Sequence record: PP968062.1
Reading direction: 5' to 3' (one strand)
DNA: 64,000 bases
Within the stretch, counting starts at the first letter, position 1, and each line of letters begins with the position of its first letter. This document shows positions 8,635-17,899 of this stretch, piece by piece. Position numbers and translations under genes: made by a program. The notes under the pieces are model-generated. The model was not told the origin of the DNA. It saw only the letters and a list, made by a program, of their open reading frames with translations, and searched no databases.

Positions 8635-10068
8635 TTAAACAGCAACTTTACCAGCAATGTGCGGATGGAACTGGTAATCCAGGATCTCGTAATCTTCACG
8701 AGTAATATCCAGGAACGGCTTACCTTTGGCCTCAGGCTTGAAGCGGATGGTAGGAGTAGGATAAGTATTGCGGGAACGTTGCAGTGTAACTTGTTCTTCA
8801 TGGTTACTGTAGATATGGCAATCGCCACCAGTCCAGATGAACTCTTCTGCTACCATGTTAAACTGATTCGCCAACTGATGAGTCATCAACGAATAGAACG
8901 TGATGTTGAACGGATTCCCAAGGAAGTTATCGGAAGATCTTTGATAGAGCTGACAGCTGATCCCACGGGAAGGAGCTTTATGCTCATCCAACCAAGCTAC
9001 TACAGCCTCATCAGTAGCGGCCGCATCACCACGCCAAATCCTCAGATGGGCTTTGACTTGTTCTGCGTTACCGAACGGAGGTTGACCACGAGTAGTTCCA
9101 CCACTGTGTTGGTCGTGATAAGCATCCTCTTCGAATTGGCTTTGATCCAGAGCCTGCACTCTTTCGTCTACGGTCAGCTTACGAGTCCAGAACTGAATGA
9201 AGGCATGACACGGAGGCAATGCTTGATCTTCAACCAGACGAGGATCCCAGGCGCAGATGATAAGACGACGACTATCTGGGTTATGTTTAAGTTGCCACAG
9301 AAGTTCTTGAACCTGATCCACACGGCGACGGATAACACATTCATCTTTCGTGTAGTCTTCGCCAGGTACGTCAACTACGAACTTAAAGCCGCGCTTCTCG
9401 TAATTAGCCCAGTCTACTTTAGGAATGATACGAACATCATCGATATCACGCCAGGTTTTACCATAGACCGGACCAAGATCACCGCCAACTAAACGGAAGG
9501 CAGACAACAGACCATCGCTGTCTTTAATCACGATCTTTGCATCACCGATGACAATACGATATACACGTAGAGCCATTCCATAGTAGTCGAATGCATCGGG
9601 ACCAGGACCGAAACGACTTACATCGGCCCACGTCTTCAGATTAATTAGAAGTAGTGCCGGTTTGTCCTGTTCAGGATCAATCCACTTCCAATCGATATCA
9701 CCGATCTCATTGCTGAAATGCATCTCAAACGGAATGTTCTTGAACTTCTTCTGAACAGCTGTAGTCAGCCATTCGTCGGAAACGCGTTCGAATACTTCGG
9801 TACCCGGTTTAACCCATTCGTTCCAGATGGTGACGTTCTTGCTCAGGAGATATTCTAGGCGAGTGTCACCAGACTTCATCCAGTTGAGTTCTTCTTCAAC
9901 GGAAGGCAAGTGGATCTTCTTGGTGGTTACTACCGGAAGGTTTCCGTTACGGAGATCATAACGGAACTGCCTACCGAACAGAGAGGTCGTACCAGTGCCG
10001 GTACGATCCCCTTTGAATACACCGTACTTCTGTGTATCTTCCAGTAACTGTAGGTATTGATGCATCAA
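8635..10068 (-). CDS. thyA: thymidylate synthase with large insertions
   Basis: DRTGTGT, VVTTKK, IWNEW, LGPVYG, PDSRR, ALPPCH, YQRSSDNFLGNPFN, GGDCHIYSNH. Confidence 0.95.
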   Translation of the reverse strand: MMHQYLQLLEDTQKYGVFKGDRTGTGTTSLFGRQFRYDLRNGNLPVVTTKKIHLPSVEEELNWMKSGDTRLEYLLSKNVTIWNEWVKPGTEVFERVSDEWLTTAVQKKFKNIPFEMHFSNEIGDIDWKWIDPEQDKPALLLINLKTWADVSRFGPGPDAFDYYGMALRVYRIVIGDAKIVIKDSDGLLSAFRLVGGDLGPVYGKTWRDIDDVRIIPKVDWANYEKRGFKFVVDVPGEDYTKDECVIRRRVDQVQELLWQLKHNPDSRRLIICAWDPRLVEDQALPPCHAFIQFWTRKLTVDERVQALDQSQFEEDAYHDQHSGGTTRGQPPFGNAEQVKAHLRIWRGDAAATDEAVVAWLDEHKAPSRGISCQLYQRSSDNFLGNPFNITFYSLMTHQLANQFNMVAEEFIWTGGDCHIYSNHEEQVTLQRSRNTYPTPTIRFKPEAKGKPFLDITREDYEILDYQFHPHIAGKVAV

Positions 10069-10403
10069 ACACCCCCGTCGTTAGAGGCTACTACCAGATC
10101 ACCCGGAAGACCCAGAGCTTTATGAGTGGCTGCTTCAACAGCTTTCAAGAGAGTCTCCATGTTGTTGGTAGGATGTCCGAGGTGAGGGTCAGTGAGGAAA
10201 CCGATCTCGAACTTTTGGGGTACCTGATCGATAGCTCCGAAATCTACATCGGGACTATTAACCGGATAACCGAGATGGATACCTTTGATCACTTTACGGT
10301 CATGACCGATAGCAATGAAATCCATAGTGGCGCGGTTATGGACTACTGCCCAGGCACCAGTGGATTGCAGTAGGTTACGAGTTACGATTTCAGAAATTGC
10401 CAT
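10065..10403 (-). CDS. hypothetical protein
   Basis: Coupled ORF in a tightly packed operon. Confidence 0.65.
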   Translation of the reverse strand: MAISEIVTRNLLQSTGAWAVVHNRATMDFIAIGHDRKVIKGIHLGYPVNSPDVDFGAIDQVPQKFEIGFLTDPHLGHPTNNMETLLKAVEAATHKALGLPGDLVVASNDGGV

Positions 10404-10788
10404 CTTCTACCACCTTCATGAACTTTGCGGTTACTTGGAGAACGATACCAGATTCGGCTCGGTCAGTGTCGCCATCGGATACGTAATGGATCTTACCGGC
10501 GTCTACCCAAACACGGGCGCCGTTAAGAGGGAAACCATCGGTAGCCATGTAATGGACTTCAGTGAAATCACCAACACTGTTCTCAGTGCGGGCTACACCC
10601 ATCAGGTGATCAACACCCATACTGGGAAGACCCATACCAGCGTTGTCGAAAGCCTTCACTTCAGTGAGACCCGTGATGTAATAACCACGACCGAGTGCAA
10701 CGGACATCTCGTAGTTATTAAAGGGAGTCAGGATATACCTGACTTCGTTGTCTTGAGGAAGCTTGATTGCATTACCCATTTTAAGCAC
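10390..10788 (-). CDS. hypothetical protein
   Basis: Coupled ORF, 132 aa. Confidence 0.65.
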   Translation of the reverse strand: MLKMGNAIKLPQDNEVRYILTPFNNYEMSVALGRGYYITGLTEVKAFDNAGMGLPSMGVDHLMGVARTENSVGDFTEVHYMATDGFPLNGARVWVDAGKIHYVSDGDTDRAESGIVLQVTAKFMKVVEDGNF

Positions 10789-11086
10789 CTTTGAATTTTA
10801 CAGCTTGGCCACTGAAAATGAATTCGTAGTTATCGGCATGCTTCCGTTCAGTCAGAAGCCGCGCCGAGTTACTGAATTCATCGTATTTAACAACAGCGAT
10901 GATCATGTTGTTACGTTTGTCGTAATACTGGATGGTGTTGTCATCGGTCTCGATGGAACCGAGATCAATAACTTCCTCACCATGTTTGATGGAAGTCAAT
11001 GCACGACGAACAGGAGTAACGCCGAAGTCGACTTTGTATTTAGCCAACGCATCGTCTGCGGTGCTTTCAACTACGTAACTAATCAT
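10781..11086 (-). CDS. hypothetical protein
   Basis: Coupled ORF, 101 aa. Confidence 0.6.
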   Translation of the reverse strand: MISYVVESTADDALAKYKVDFGVTPVRRALTSIKHGEEVIDLGSIETDDNTIQYYDKRNNMIIAVVKYDEFSNSARLLTERKHADNYEFIFSGQAVKFKGA

Positions 11087-11349
11087 TTCTTTACCTCAGG
11101 GTCGTAGGACTTGGGAATACCAGCTGCCTCGTAGAAGTGATCCCAATAGGGACTTTCATCGCGACGATGCATATTGAAATTCTGGTAATCCGTACAGATG
11201 ACATTAAAGCCATTAGCTGTAACCTCAATCACCGGCATGTTACCAGTGTGAGTATTGTCGATGATGAAGTTGATGTTGTTGTTTTGCTTATACTTCAGAT
11301 CGAATTCCCGCTTACGTTCAGCAGGACTGTAACTAACCAAGGAAGCCAT
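11083..11349 (-). CDS. hypothetical protein
   Basis: Coupled ORF, 88 aa. Confidence 0.6.
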   Translation of the reverse strand: MASLVSYSPAERKREFDLKYKQNNNINFIIDNTHTGNMPVIEVTANGFNVICTDYQNFNMHRRDESPYWDHFYEAAGIPKSYDPEVKK

Positions 11350-11351
11350 GT

Positions 11352-12101
11352 TTATTCCTCAAGACGGAGTTTCCAGAACCCGCCTTCCTCTTTCCACGTT
11401 TCACGAATAGCGTTGTCAGTACGTTGGCCGTCCTTAAACAGCTTCTCTACATTGGACGGGTGAGTATAGTTGTACAACGCAATTGCGAATTGAGCTACGG
11501 CTACACGAGCTGGAATAACACCAGTACCCGTACCCATCAGACAGCCGAGTACACGGAAGGAGTTTTTCTTACCGTACCATTCACAGCCAGCAATGCCGTC
11601 CAGGGCTGCCTTAGAGGCCAGATAAGGAACATCTGAACCTTTGGGTAACCTACGAGGAACACGCATTGTAGGAGTGTACAAGAGCGTTGCAGTGATGCCA
11701 TTAAGCTTAGTGAACTGTACGCATGCACAAACACCTACGTTTAGTTCACCGTTGTGGAAACGATTGATATCGTGTACCACGTTCTTCTGCATGTTTACAA
11801 AACGAGCAGCCAGTGCTCCGTCATAACCACCGGTCATATGCCCGTACGAGTTACCCGCAGTCATGTAGTAGTCGAAGTCATCCGCGATGTCTTCAAGATC
11901 ATCAAGGGAACCATGGAATACTTTTAGATCATGTCCAAGGTCCTTGACGAAATCGGAAATGGCGATGAGCTCTTGGAACTCTTCATAGCTGGGGGTGCAA
12001 AATACGAACTCCAATGGTTTTCGTCCGACATCCGACAAACTAAGAGTAATGCCGTCGGCAATCTCTTTGTGGATACGGGACATTACGAGTGGAGATGTCA
12101 T
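11352..12101 (-). CDS. macrodomain (ADP-ribose binding/hydrolase) protein
   Basis: MTAGNSYGHMTGGYDGAL matches the macrodomain NAAN...GGGV signature; LYTPTMRVP and GTGTG loop also present. Confidence 0.8.
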   Translation of the reverse strand: MTSPLVMSRIHKEIADGITLSLSDVGRKPLEFVFCTPSYEEFQELIAISDFVKDLGHDLKVFHGSLDDLEDIADDFDYYMTAGNSYGHMTGGYDGALAARFVNMQKNVVHDINRFHNGELNVGVCACVQFTKLNGITATLLYTPTMRVPRRLPKGSDVPYLASKAALDGIAGCEWYGKKNSFRVLGCLMGTGTGVIPARVAVAQFAIALYNYTHPSNVEKLFKDGQRTDNAIRETWKEEGGFWKLRLEE

Positions 12102-12120
12102 TTTTATACCTCACGACAAA

Positions 12121-12150
12121 AAGAAAATAGATGGAGCTCCCGAAGGAGCC
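12121..12150 (-). terminator. intrinsic terminator
   Basis: GCTCC-TTCG-GGAGC hairpin followed by a T-rich tail on the minus strand. Confidence 0.55.
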
Positions 12151-12185
12151 CCGGTGCGCTGACCTTTACGATCAACTACATAATA

Positions 12186-12434
12186 TTACAGTGAAACACA
12201 CGACATTTCGCGACGAATGTTTTTACTACTGAACTTGTATTCTAGGACTACGCCAGATTGGGTGCGAGTAACTTTAACCTCGGTTCCGTTTGCCGCAGCC
12301 GTATCTTGGATAGCACCTACTGCTTTCCAGCAGGAATCGATGCTTTCCATTTTGGTAGCGGTTTCAGAAGCGCCTCCAGCGTAGACACCGGAGACGATAG
12401 TGCTGCTGAGTAGAAGTGCACCTGCAAGACTCAT
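12186..12434 (-). CDS. small exported/membrane hypothetical protein
   Basis: Hydrophobic signal-like N-terminus; start overlaps the sspB-like stop. Confidence 0.55.
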   Translation of the reverse strand: MSLAGALLLSSTIVSGVYAGGASETATKMESIDSCWKAVGAIQDTAAANGTEVKVTRTQSGVVLEYKFSSKNIRREMSCVSL

Positions 12435-13231
12435 TATTTCTTACCTCCTTTAATTACGGTGAGCTTCGGCTTACCTTTATAACGAGATGGGCCAACATTG
12501 ATCGGCGTACCCGGAAGATCGCCAAAGTCGAGAAGGGGTTTATCAACAACCTTCAACTCGGGAGCCTTCTTAGTCGGACTAACTTCCACGCCAGGTTGGT
12601 TAGCAATGAAATCTTCAGCTTCTTCCAGCTCTTTTAGTTTCCGAGTATTTGAACGTTCGGAAACATAAGACAAGAACTGCGAGAACATATCGTCGTCATT
12701 GCTAACCATGTGCTGTACATGTTCGAGCGCTTTCTCTACAGGAACGTCAGTAATTCCCTTCTCTGCCAACCAAGCCATTACATCAACGATATCGATACTT
12801 ACAGTGCCAGGGGCACCATTGGCAATATCACGGAAGGGATGGACATACGTCGGATTCTCCGCATCAAACAGAATCCGATCGACATTAGGGAACGGAGAGA
12901 ATACGCTTGCATTCTCAGAGATCTGTACATTAACACCAATGAAAGAATGCCACGGTAGATGCAGACGGGTAGGCATACCCGAGAAAGCAATCTCACCATA
13001 GAAGCAATCGCCCGAATAATCAATGTGACGGCAAGCATTTACCGACAGATTGAGAACGATGGTACCATTAGTGGCGTTGAAATCTTTCGAACGCATCATG
13101 ATTTTACGGAGCGGTTCAGCCAGATAGCCAACATCGATAACACAATCGAAACGATACATGTTGTTATCGGCGTTCCAGCTGTAATACGCTTCGATCAGTT
13201 TTTGGTTCAGAGCGGAAGTAAGCTTGAGCAT
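12434..13231 (-). CDS. sspB: SspB-like ClpXP adaptor protein
   Basis: LIEAYYSWNADN...NGTIVLNLSVNACRHI...EIAFSGMPTRLHLPW parallels the SspB core. C-terminus KPKLTVIKGGKK resembles the ClpX-binding tail (PALRVVK). Confidence 0.75.
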   Translation of the reverse strand: MLKLTSALNQKLIEAYYSWNADNNMYRFDCVIDVGYLAEPLRKIMMRSKDFNATNGTIVLNLSVNACRHIDYSGDCFYGEIAFSGMPTRLHLPWHSFIGVNVQISENASVFSPFPNVDRILFDAENPTYVHPFRDIANGAPGTVSIDIVDVMAWLAEKGITDVPVEKALEHVQHMVSNDDDMFSQFLSYVSERSNTRKLKELEEAEDFIANQPGVEVSPTKKAPELKVVDKPLLDFGDLPGTPINVGPSRYKGKPKLTVIKGGKK

Positions 13232-13245
13232 TTTGAGTCTCCAGA

Positions 13246-13680
13246 TTAAGGGAATCGTTCAGCGATAGTGGTGATCAGTTTCTTCTCTTTATTAAAGGAA
13301 GACATGTGATCCCGGTATTTCTTGAAGTAACCCACATCTTCAGGGCCAGTTGCCAATTTGGGATTGGCCGAGAGGATATGATGGATCTGGGTACCCGTAT
13401 AGACACTGATAGTCCAGGTCTTGGATTCCGAGATGATTTTCTTTACAGCAGTTTCTGATTCTTCGCTATCCTCAATGAGGTAAGCATCGATCGATTGTCC
13501 AACAGCTCGACTGAATTCATCGAGTGCACTCAGATCACCTTTAGGGAGACCAGCGTGCATTTCTTTGAGTTCTTTCAGAGTCTTTGGCACTACACCCGGA
13601 ACCCAACGATTGGTGATAACACCGTTATCATCGAGCTCATGTCGAGGATGCAGTTCACCGGGTTTTTGAAATGGGTACAT
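13246..13680 (-). CDS. hypothetical protein
   Basis: 144-aa ORF with GAGG SD. Confidence 0.65.
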   Translation of the reverse strand: MYPFQKPGELHPRHELDDNGVITNRWVPGVVPKTLKELKEMHAGLPKGDLSALDEFSRAVGQSIDAYLIEDSEESETAVKKIISESKTWTISVYTGTQIHHILSANPKLATGPEDVGYFKKYRDHMSSFNKEKKLITTIAERFP

Positions 13681-13687
13681 AGCAACC

Positions 13688-14221
13688 TCAGCTGAAGAAG
13701 GACTTTACACCACTCCACAGACGGGAGTACCACGGAACCTTATGTTTATCGACAACAATTTCGCTATGGTAACGATTCGTACCACCCGGTTCACGGAGAT
13801 CTTTCAACCATTGTTCTTCGGAACCGACGTAACCATTCTCAACGGCCAACTGATAAGCGGATTTATGGTCGACAGCCGCCGCTTGTTCTTGCAGTTGACC
13901 AGTTGGGTAGCTAACTGGGTAAAGGTCTTCGCGATCCAAGCGTTCGAACACGTCGTTAATTAACAAAGTGATATCGAGATCGAGCTTTTCCAGATCTTTG
14001 TCGAAATCAGATGCATCGCGATGAATGACTGGTGCCTCAGGAGTTACCCGTGGACGGCCATTGAAAGAGAAGCAATCGTAACGACAGCTTACTCGATTGA
14101 ATACTTCGCTGAACAGGAGTAGTCCCCGGCAACGCTGAGCTTGCAGAGCTACCAAGCGTTGTTTCTTCAGTTCCTTATAGAACTGCCAATTAGTAAAAGA
14201 CTCAGCCGATATAAAAGACAC
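13688..14221 (-). CDS. hypothetical protein with KSAYQLAVENGYVGSEEQWL motif
   Basis: GTG start with GAGG SD, downstream of the promoter motif at 14260. Confidence 0.65.
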   Translation of the reverse strand: MSFISAESFTNWQFYKELKKQRLVALQAQRCRGLLLFSEVFNRVSCRYDCFSFNGRPRVTPEAPVIHRDASDFDKDLEKLDLDITLLINDVFERLDREDLYPVSYPTGQLQEQAAAVDHKSAYQLAVENGYVGSEEQWLKDLREPGGTNRYHSEIVVDKHKVPWYSRLWSGVKSFFS

Positions 14222-14259
14222 TGTATTTTCCTCGTTGGTGTTGGTATGGCTTCAAACAC

Positions 14260-14285
14260 ATGATGTAGATCTGAGATATTTTTTA
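14260..14285 (-). promoter_or_regulatory. putative early promoter
   Basis: Minus strand AAAAAATATCTCAGATCTACATCAT, a variant of the recurring motif. Confidence 0.6.
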
Positions 14286-14309
14286 GCGTATGCTAAAAAA
14301 GAAAGACGA

Positions 14310-14336
14310 CATAAAGCCCTCCCCGAAGGGAGGGCC
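14310..14336 (-). terminator. intrinsic terminator
   Basis: GCCCTCCC-TTCG-GGGAGGGC followed by TTTATG. Confidence 0.85.
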
Positions 14337-14346
14337 AAATGTACCA

Positions 14347-14718
14347 TTACCTAATCACGACCATTTTGCCGTAATCTTCAGACATGCATGAATCAAACGA
14401 TGCCATGTATGCGTCTCGCGGACTATCTTTACTGACGTAGATATCACGAACGTCTTGGATAGCTTTGGGCAGGATTTTGTAAAGAACGTTATCTTTGTCC
14501 TTCACACCGTATCCCTTTAGGGCAGAGAGGTTCTGTTTCCATTTTGCGATGGGTTCAGAACGGCCGCGGGCTTCTGCGGTAGCATGGGCAGCTAGTGCCA
14601 GTGCTTCACAGTAAACCTCATCGACACGCACCTCTGTTGTAGCTTTAGCTTGCAGCGGAACCATTAAGGCTACCACTACAACCATCAGCCGCATTACGTG
14701 TGTTAAACATTGCATCAC
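14347..14718 (-). CDS. exported hypothetical protein
   Basis: Signal-peptide-like RLMVVVVALMVPLQAKA; two Cys. Confidence 0.65.
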   Translation of the reverse strand: MMQCLTHVMRLMVVVVALMVPLQAKATTEVRVDEVYCEALALAAHATAEARGRSEPIAKWKQNLSALKGYGVKDKDNVLYKILPKAIQDVRDIYVSKDSPRDAYMASFDSCMSEDYGKMVVIR

Positions 14719-14773
14719 GTTGGTACCTTTGGTTGTTAGGTCAGAATATAATACACTGTAGCGTATCTTATCC

Positions 14774-15268
14774 TTACTTAGGATGGGCTTCGTTCACATC
14801 GATAAGAACTATGGAATACACCTTAGTCCCTTCAGGAGTTCCATCGGTAGCGAACTCAATGAACGTATTTTCATCCCCGAATACAACCCCGGAGTTATTA
14901 CTCTCGAAATATTCTTTAACATGAGCAACCATCGAATGGATGGCATGATCAGTTAGAATACCTCGACCATTAGTCCCGTAGAGTTGACTCACCGTTTCAT
15001 AAACGATGTGGCCAGGATCACTGTAACCAGCTACATCGGCAGTAACCATGAACTTGATTTGTTCAGGACTTACCTTAGCTTCGGAATTGACCCACTCGCA
15101 ATTGCTGTTGAACCATTCAACGAACTGAGTATACAACTGAGTACCCTTCTCGATAGAGATGGTATTAGCCTCAGTGTGTTGTTGCATGAAAGCGATCAGT
15201 TTGTGATACTGAATGACAGCAGAACTGAACGTGTGACCATACGAAAAATGGCTCTTTGTCACGGTCAT
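14774..15268 (-). CDS. hypothetical protein
   Basis: 164-aa ORF with GGAG SD. Confidence 0.65.
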   Translation of the reverse strand: MTVTKSHFSYGHTFSSAVIQYHKLIAFMQQHTEANTISIEKGTQLYTQFVEWFNSNCEWVNSEAKVSPEQIKFMVTADVAGYSDPGHIVYETVSQLYGTNGRGILTDHAIHSMVAHVKEYFESNNSGVVFGDENTFIEFATDGTPEGTKVYSIVLIDVNEAHPK

Positions 15269-15440
15269 AGGCTCTCCTAGGGTTTGCGGTTAACTTTACG
15301 CTTCAAAGCATCGATTGTGCTTTGTTGGCGCTGGATTGTCTTTCGCGAGTCACCTAACAGCTTTACGATGTCTGCGAATTGAATTACCAGGTCGTCTAAA
15401 CGCTGCTCTAATTGAGCTATACGTTCGTTCTTATCACCCA

Positions 15441-15866
15441 TTAAAGTTTACCTTTGTATTGGGAATCACCATGATGGGTATTGTTCCGGAATAGCAAGGC
15501 CGGATCAGGTTCCCTGTTTGCGATAATCAAGTTGAACTCCATCGTGAAACGGTTTTTCATATACCGCTCGGCGACTTCGACAACATAAGTATCATCATCG
15601 GCGTTGATTTTTACAACGGCTACTTTCTTGGGAATGCTGTTACGTAGCTTATCCCAAACTTCGAATTCCAGATTACCCTCATACTTAGCCATAGTCGGGA
15701 TTGTCTTGAATTCAAATACGTTCAAGCCGTCCGGTGTGAATACAGCTACCGGTACAAGCCAGAATACTTCATCAGGTTTCAGGTTGCCATCACGGGAATA
15801 GAAGAACTGTTTAAGGTTCCCTCTTACTCCTTGGTACATCGGGATAATGACGCGTTGTGCCGACAT
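15441..15866 (-). CDS. hypothetical protein
   Basis: Start moved to 15866 (GGAG SD), overlapping the upstream stop. Confidence 0.6.
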   Translation of the reverse strand: MSAQRVIIPMYQGVRGNLKQFFYSRDGNLKPDEVFWLVPVAVFTPDGLNVFEFKTIPTMAKYEGNLEFEVWDKLRNSIPKKVAVVKINADDDTYVVEVAERYMKNRFTMEFNLIIANREPDPALLFRNNTHHGDSQYKGKL

Positions 15867-16261
15867 TATAATTGCTCCGATCCTTGCCATTTACGTTTGG
15901 TCGTATCCTGACTAATCTTCAGACGAAGTTTAAAGTTAGGTATGTTCCATCGCGTAATAGGCTTTTTCCAATAGATACGTTTCTTATCAAGTTCAACATG
16001 TAACTCTACTAAGACCCGGTTTCGTTTTTCTTCGAAGATGGTGAAACAGATATGTCTAGGTTTCTCTAGCCATGTCTCTTTGTAAAACTTAATTGTGTCT
16101 GCATCTTTTTGTTTATCACCACTAACAATCCACTCGATATCAGCGTCCGTAAACTCCAGTGCTTCGATGCCATGTTTCAACAATGACTTAAAGCGTTCTG
16201 AGTAAGTTCCACGGAAGTAATAATCGAGGTCTACAAACACGGTATTTAATCGAGTACTCAT
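15866..16261 (-). CDS. hypothetical protein
   Basis: 131-aa ORF with GAGG SD. Confidence 0.65.
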   Translation of the reverse strand: MSTRLNTVFVDLDYYFRGTYSERFKSLLKHGIEALEFTDADIEWIVSGDKQKDADTIKFYKETWLEKPRHICFTIFEEKRNRVLVELHVELDKKRIYWKKPITRWNIPNFKLRLKISQDTTKRKWQGSEQL

Positions 16262-16313
16262 ATATCCTCAGATTGTAATAATCTACAGGATTGGTTAGTA
16301 AAATAAAAAATGG

Positions 16314-16338
16314 CATAAAGCCTCCCGTTAGGGAAGCC
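16314..16338 (-). terminator. intrinsic terminator (imperfect)
   Basis: GC-rich hairpin followed by CTTTATGCCATTTTTT on the minus strand. Confidence 0.55.
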
Positions 16339-16660
16339 GTACGCCAGGGGGTGTTTGAATGTGGATAAACCGCTTTCTCAACCCAGGAAGGAAGAAAGGG
16401 TCACCTGCAAAACGGCCGGTTACAGAGTTGTAACGGAACCAGTAGCGTTTGAACTTGAAGCAACGTCTACATCCTGGTTCAGCTTGAATAGTCACTAACC
16501 ATTCATCATCGAAAAGGTCATCCATCTCGACGGTGATTGAGTAAGCATTATCTATACGCCCTTTACGGTCCCGGACTGTAATACAATCCGAGAGGTTTCC
16601 GTATTTGAAGATGACATGTTCGAAATTGTTATCTAGTCTAAGTGGGATCGTTAGTTCCAT
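16328..16660 (-). CDS. hypothetical protein
   Basis: Start moved to 16660 (GGAGG SD). Confidence 0.6.
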   Translation of the reverse strand: MELTIPLRLDNNFEHVIFKYGNLSDCITVRDRKGRIDNAYSITVEMDDLFDDEWLVTIQAEPGCRRCFKFKRYWFRYNSVTGRFAGDPFFLPGLRKRFIHIQTPPGVRLP

Positions 16661-16988
16661 CTTCAACCTCCAACTCGAATGTAACCGAGATATAGCGAGA
16701 ACGATAGTTAGGACTAACGAACGTTTCAAAATGGTTCGACCCATATTGAAGTTCAACGTAGGCTACAACAATACCTTGCTGATCACGAGGTGTAATGTAG
16801 ATGGTATCAACTAACCCATCCACATTCTTCGAACGATTAACAGACCAACGGAATTCGTCAGTCTGCTGATTCTTGGATAGGATCTCTATCCCAGTGATCA
16901 CTTGGGGTAATGTGAGATCCAGGTTTTCTACAAAGAGGGATTTGAGTTTCCCTCGATATACAGAGAAAAGATCGATATGCGTTTGCAT
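16638..16988 (-). CDS. hypothetical protein
   Basis: 116-aa ORF with GAGG SD. Confidence 0.6.
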   Translation of the reverse strand: MQTHIDLFSVYRGKLKSLFVENLDLTLPQVITGIEILSKNQQTDEFRWSVNRSKNVDGLVDTIYITPRDQQGIVVAYVELQYGSNHFETFVSPNYRSRYISVTFELEVEDGTNDPT

Positions 16989-17034
16989 GGCTGAGTCCTC
17001 AATAACTTATTATAGTGCCCAGCCGTAGCTGGGG

Positions 17035-17217
17035 TTATTCTTGTGCAGCAGCGATCCATTCGTGCATTCGGTTAGTGGTGAAGTACCCACAACGCGAATG
17101 ACGGATTTTTCGTTTAAACTCTTTTACTGCTTTTTGTTTCAGTTTTTCCGTGGGAGAATTCTTGTAAGCTGTAATGAAGCACGTGTAGGCATCCCACGCT
17201 TTGTCACGTTTGTTCAT
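17035..17217 (-). CDS. small basic hypothetical protein
   Basis: 60-aa ORF in an operon. Confidence 0.5.
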   Translation of the reverse strand: MNKRDKAWDAYTCFITAYKNSPTEKLKQKAVKEFKRKIRHSRCGYFTTNRMHEWIAAAQE

Positions 17218-17232
17218 TTTACGGCACTGGCG

Positions 17233-17427
17233 CTAGCTGTAACAGGTATAGCGATAAGGTCTATCTTTAACCTTAATCTCACACTCGTCGTCAGCAGACG
17301 TAATGTATTTCGGATAGGTCTCGTTGATTGGAATATCGACAGCATCTTTGAAAGCCATGCTGCCGATTAGAGCTTGTGCTGCTGCTCTGCCCAGATCACC
17401 GGTACCAACGATAAGTACGTCTCTCAT
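17233..17427 (-). CDS. small protein with an N-terminal GxGxxG motif
   Basis: MRDVLIVGTGDLGRAAAQAL; coupled to the upstream gene. Confidence 0.55.
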   Translation of the reverse strand: MRDVLIVGTGDLGRAAAQALIGSMAFKDAVDIPINETYPKYITSADDECEIKVKDRPYRYTCYS

Positions 17428-17813
17428 AGCGTGCCCCCCATGGCTACGCTAACGTAGTGATTCATGAGCGGTGCTTTGAAGTACATGTTGTTGCCCTTCA
17501 TTTTGTTTTTGAATTGCTCAATGATGAGACGCTCGTCTTCACCGTTGGATTCGACCAGATACATCCGAAGATCGTAAACCCACTTCAGGATAGCATCTTG
17601 GTCTTTTTCTTTCTTATGTCGCTTTTTACCGATACGCTTCTTCAGGAAGATTGCACTACGACGAACCTTGAATATCTGGATTGGTTGACCCGTGTAGACG
17701 TTACCGTCAGCATCGGTCACTTTCATCCCAGCTACAACCTCGCTCATGTAGTAGTCATTGTGCATGGCGATACGTTGATGCATATTAGCCATTGCTTCTT
17801 TGTGATCGTACAT
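17424..17813 (-). CDS. hypothetical protein
   Basis: 129 aa, AGGA SD. Confidence 0.65.
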   Translation of the reverse strand: MYDHKEAMANMHQRIAMHNDYYMSEVVAGMKVTDADGNVYTGQPIQIFKVRRSAIFLKKRIGKKRHKKEKDQDAILKWVYDLRMYLVESNGEDERLIIEQFKNKMKGNNMYFKAPLMNHYVSVAMGGTL

Positions 17814-17899
17814 TCCTATTTTCCTTTGATGCCATAAACAACATATTACCCCAACCGATCAGGAAGGAGTAATATGCCATTTCGGTTTGAGGGTGTTGC

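Noticed and set aside
8635-10068. Thymidylate synthase as a base-modifying dCMP hydroxymethylase
   Set aside because: It keeps the Asn in LGNPFN that specifies dUMP; together with dcd and tmk this fits ordinary dTTP supply.
16792-16804. Promoter-like CATCTACATTAC motif
   Set aside because: It lies inside the 16638..16988 coding sequence and lacks the upstream A/T tract; it could be chance.
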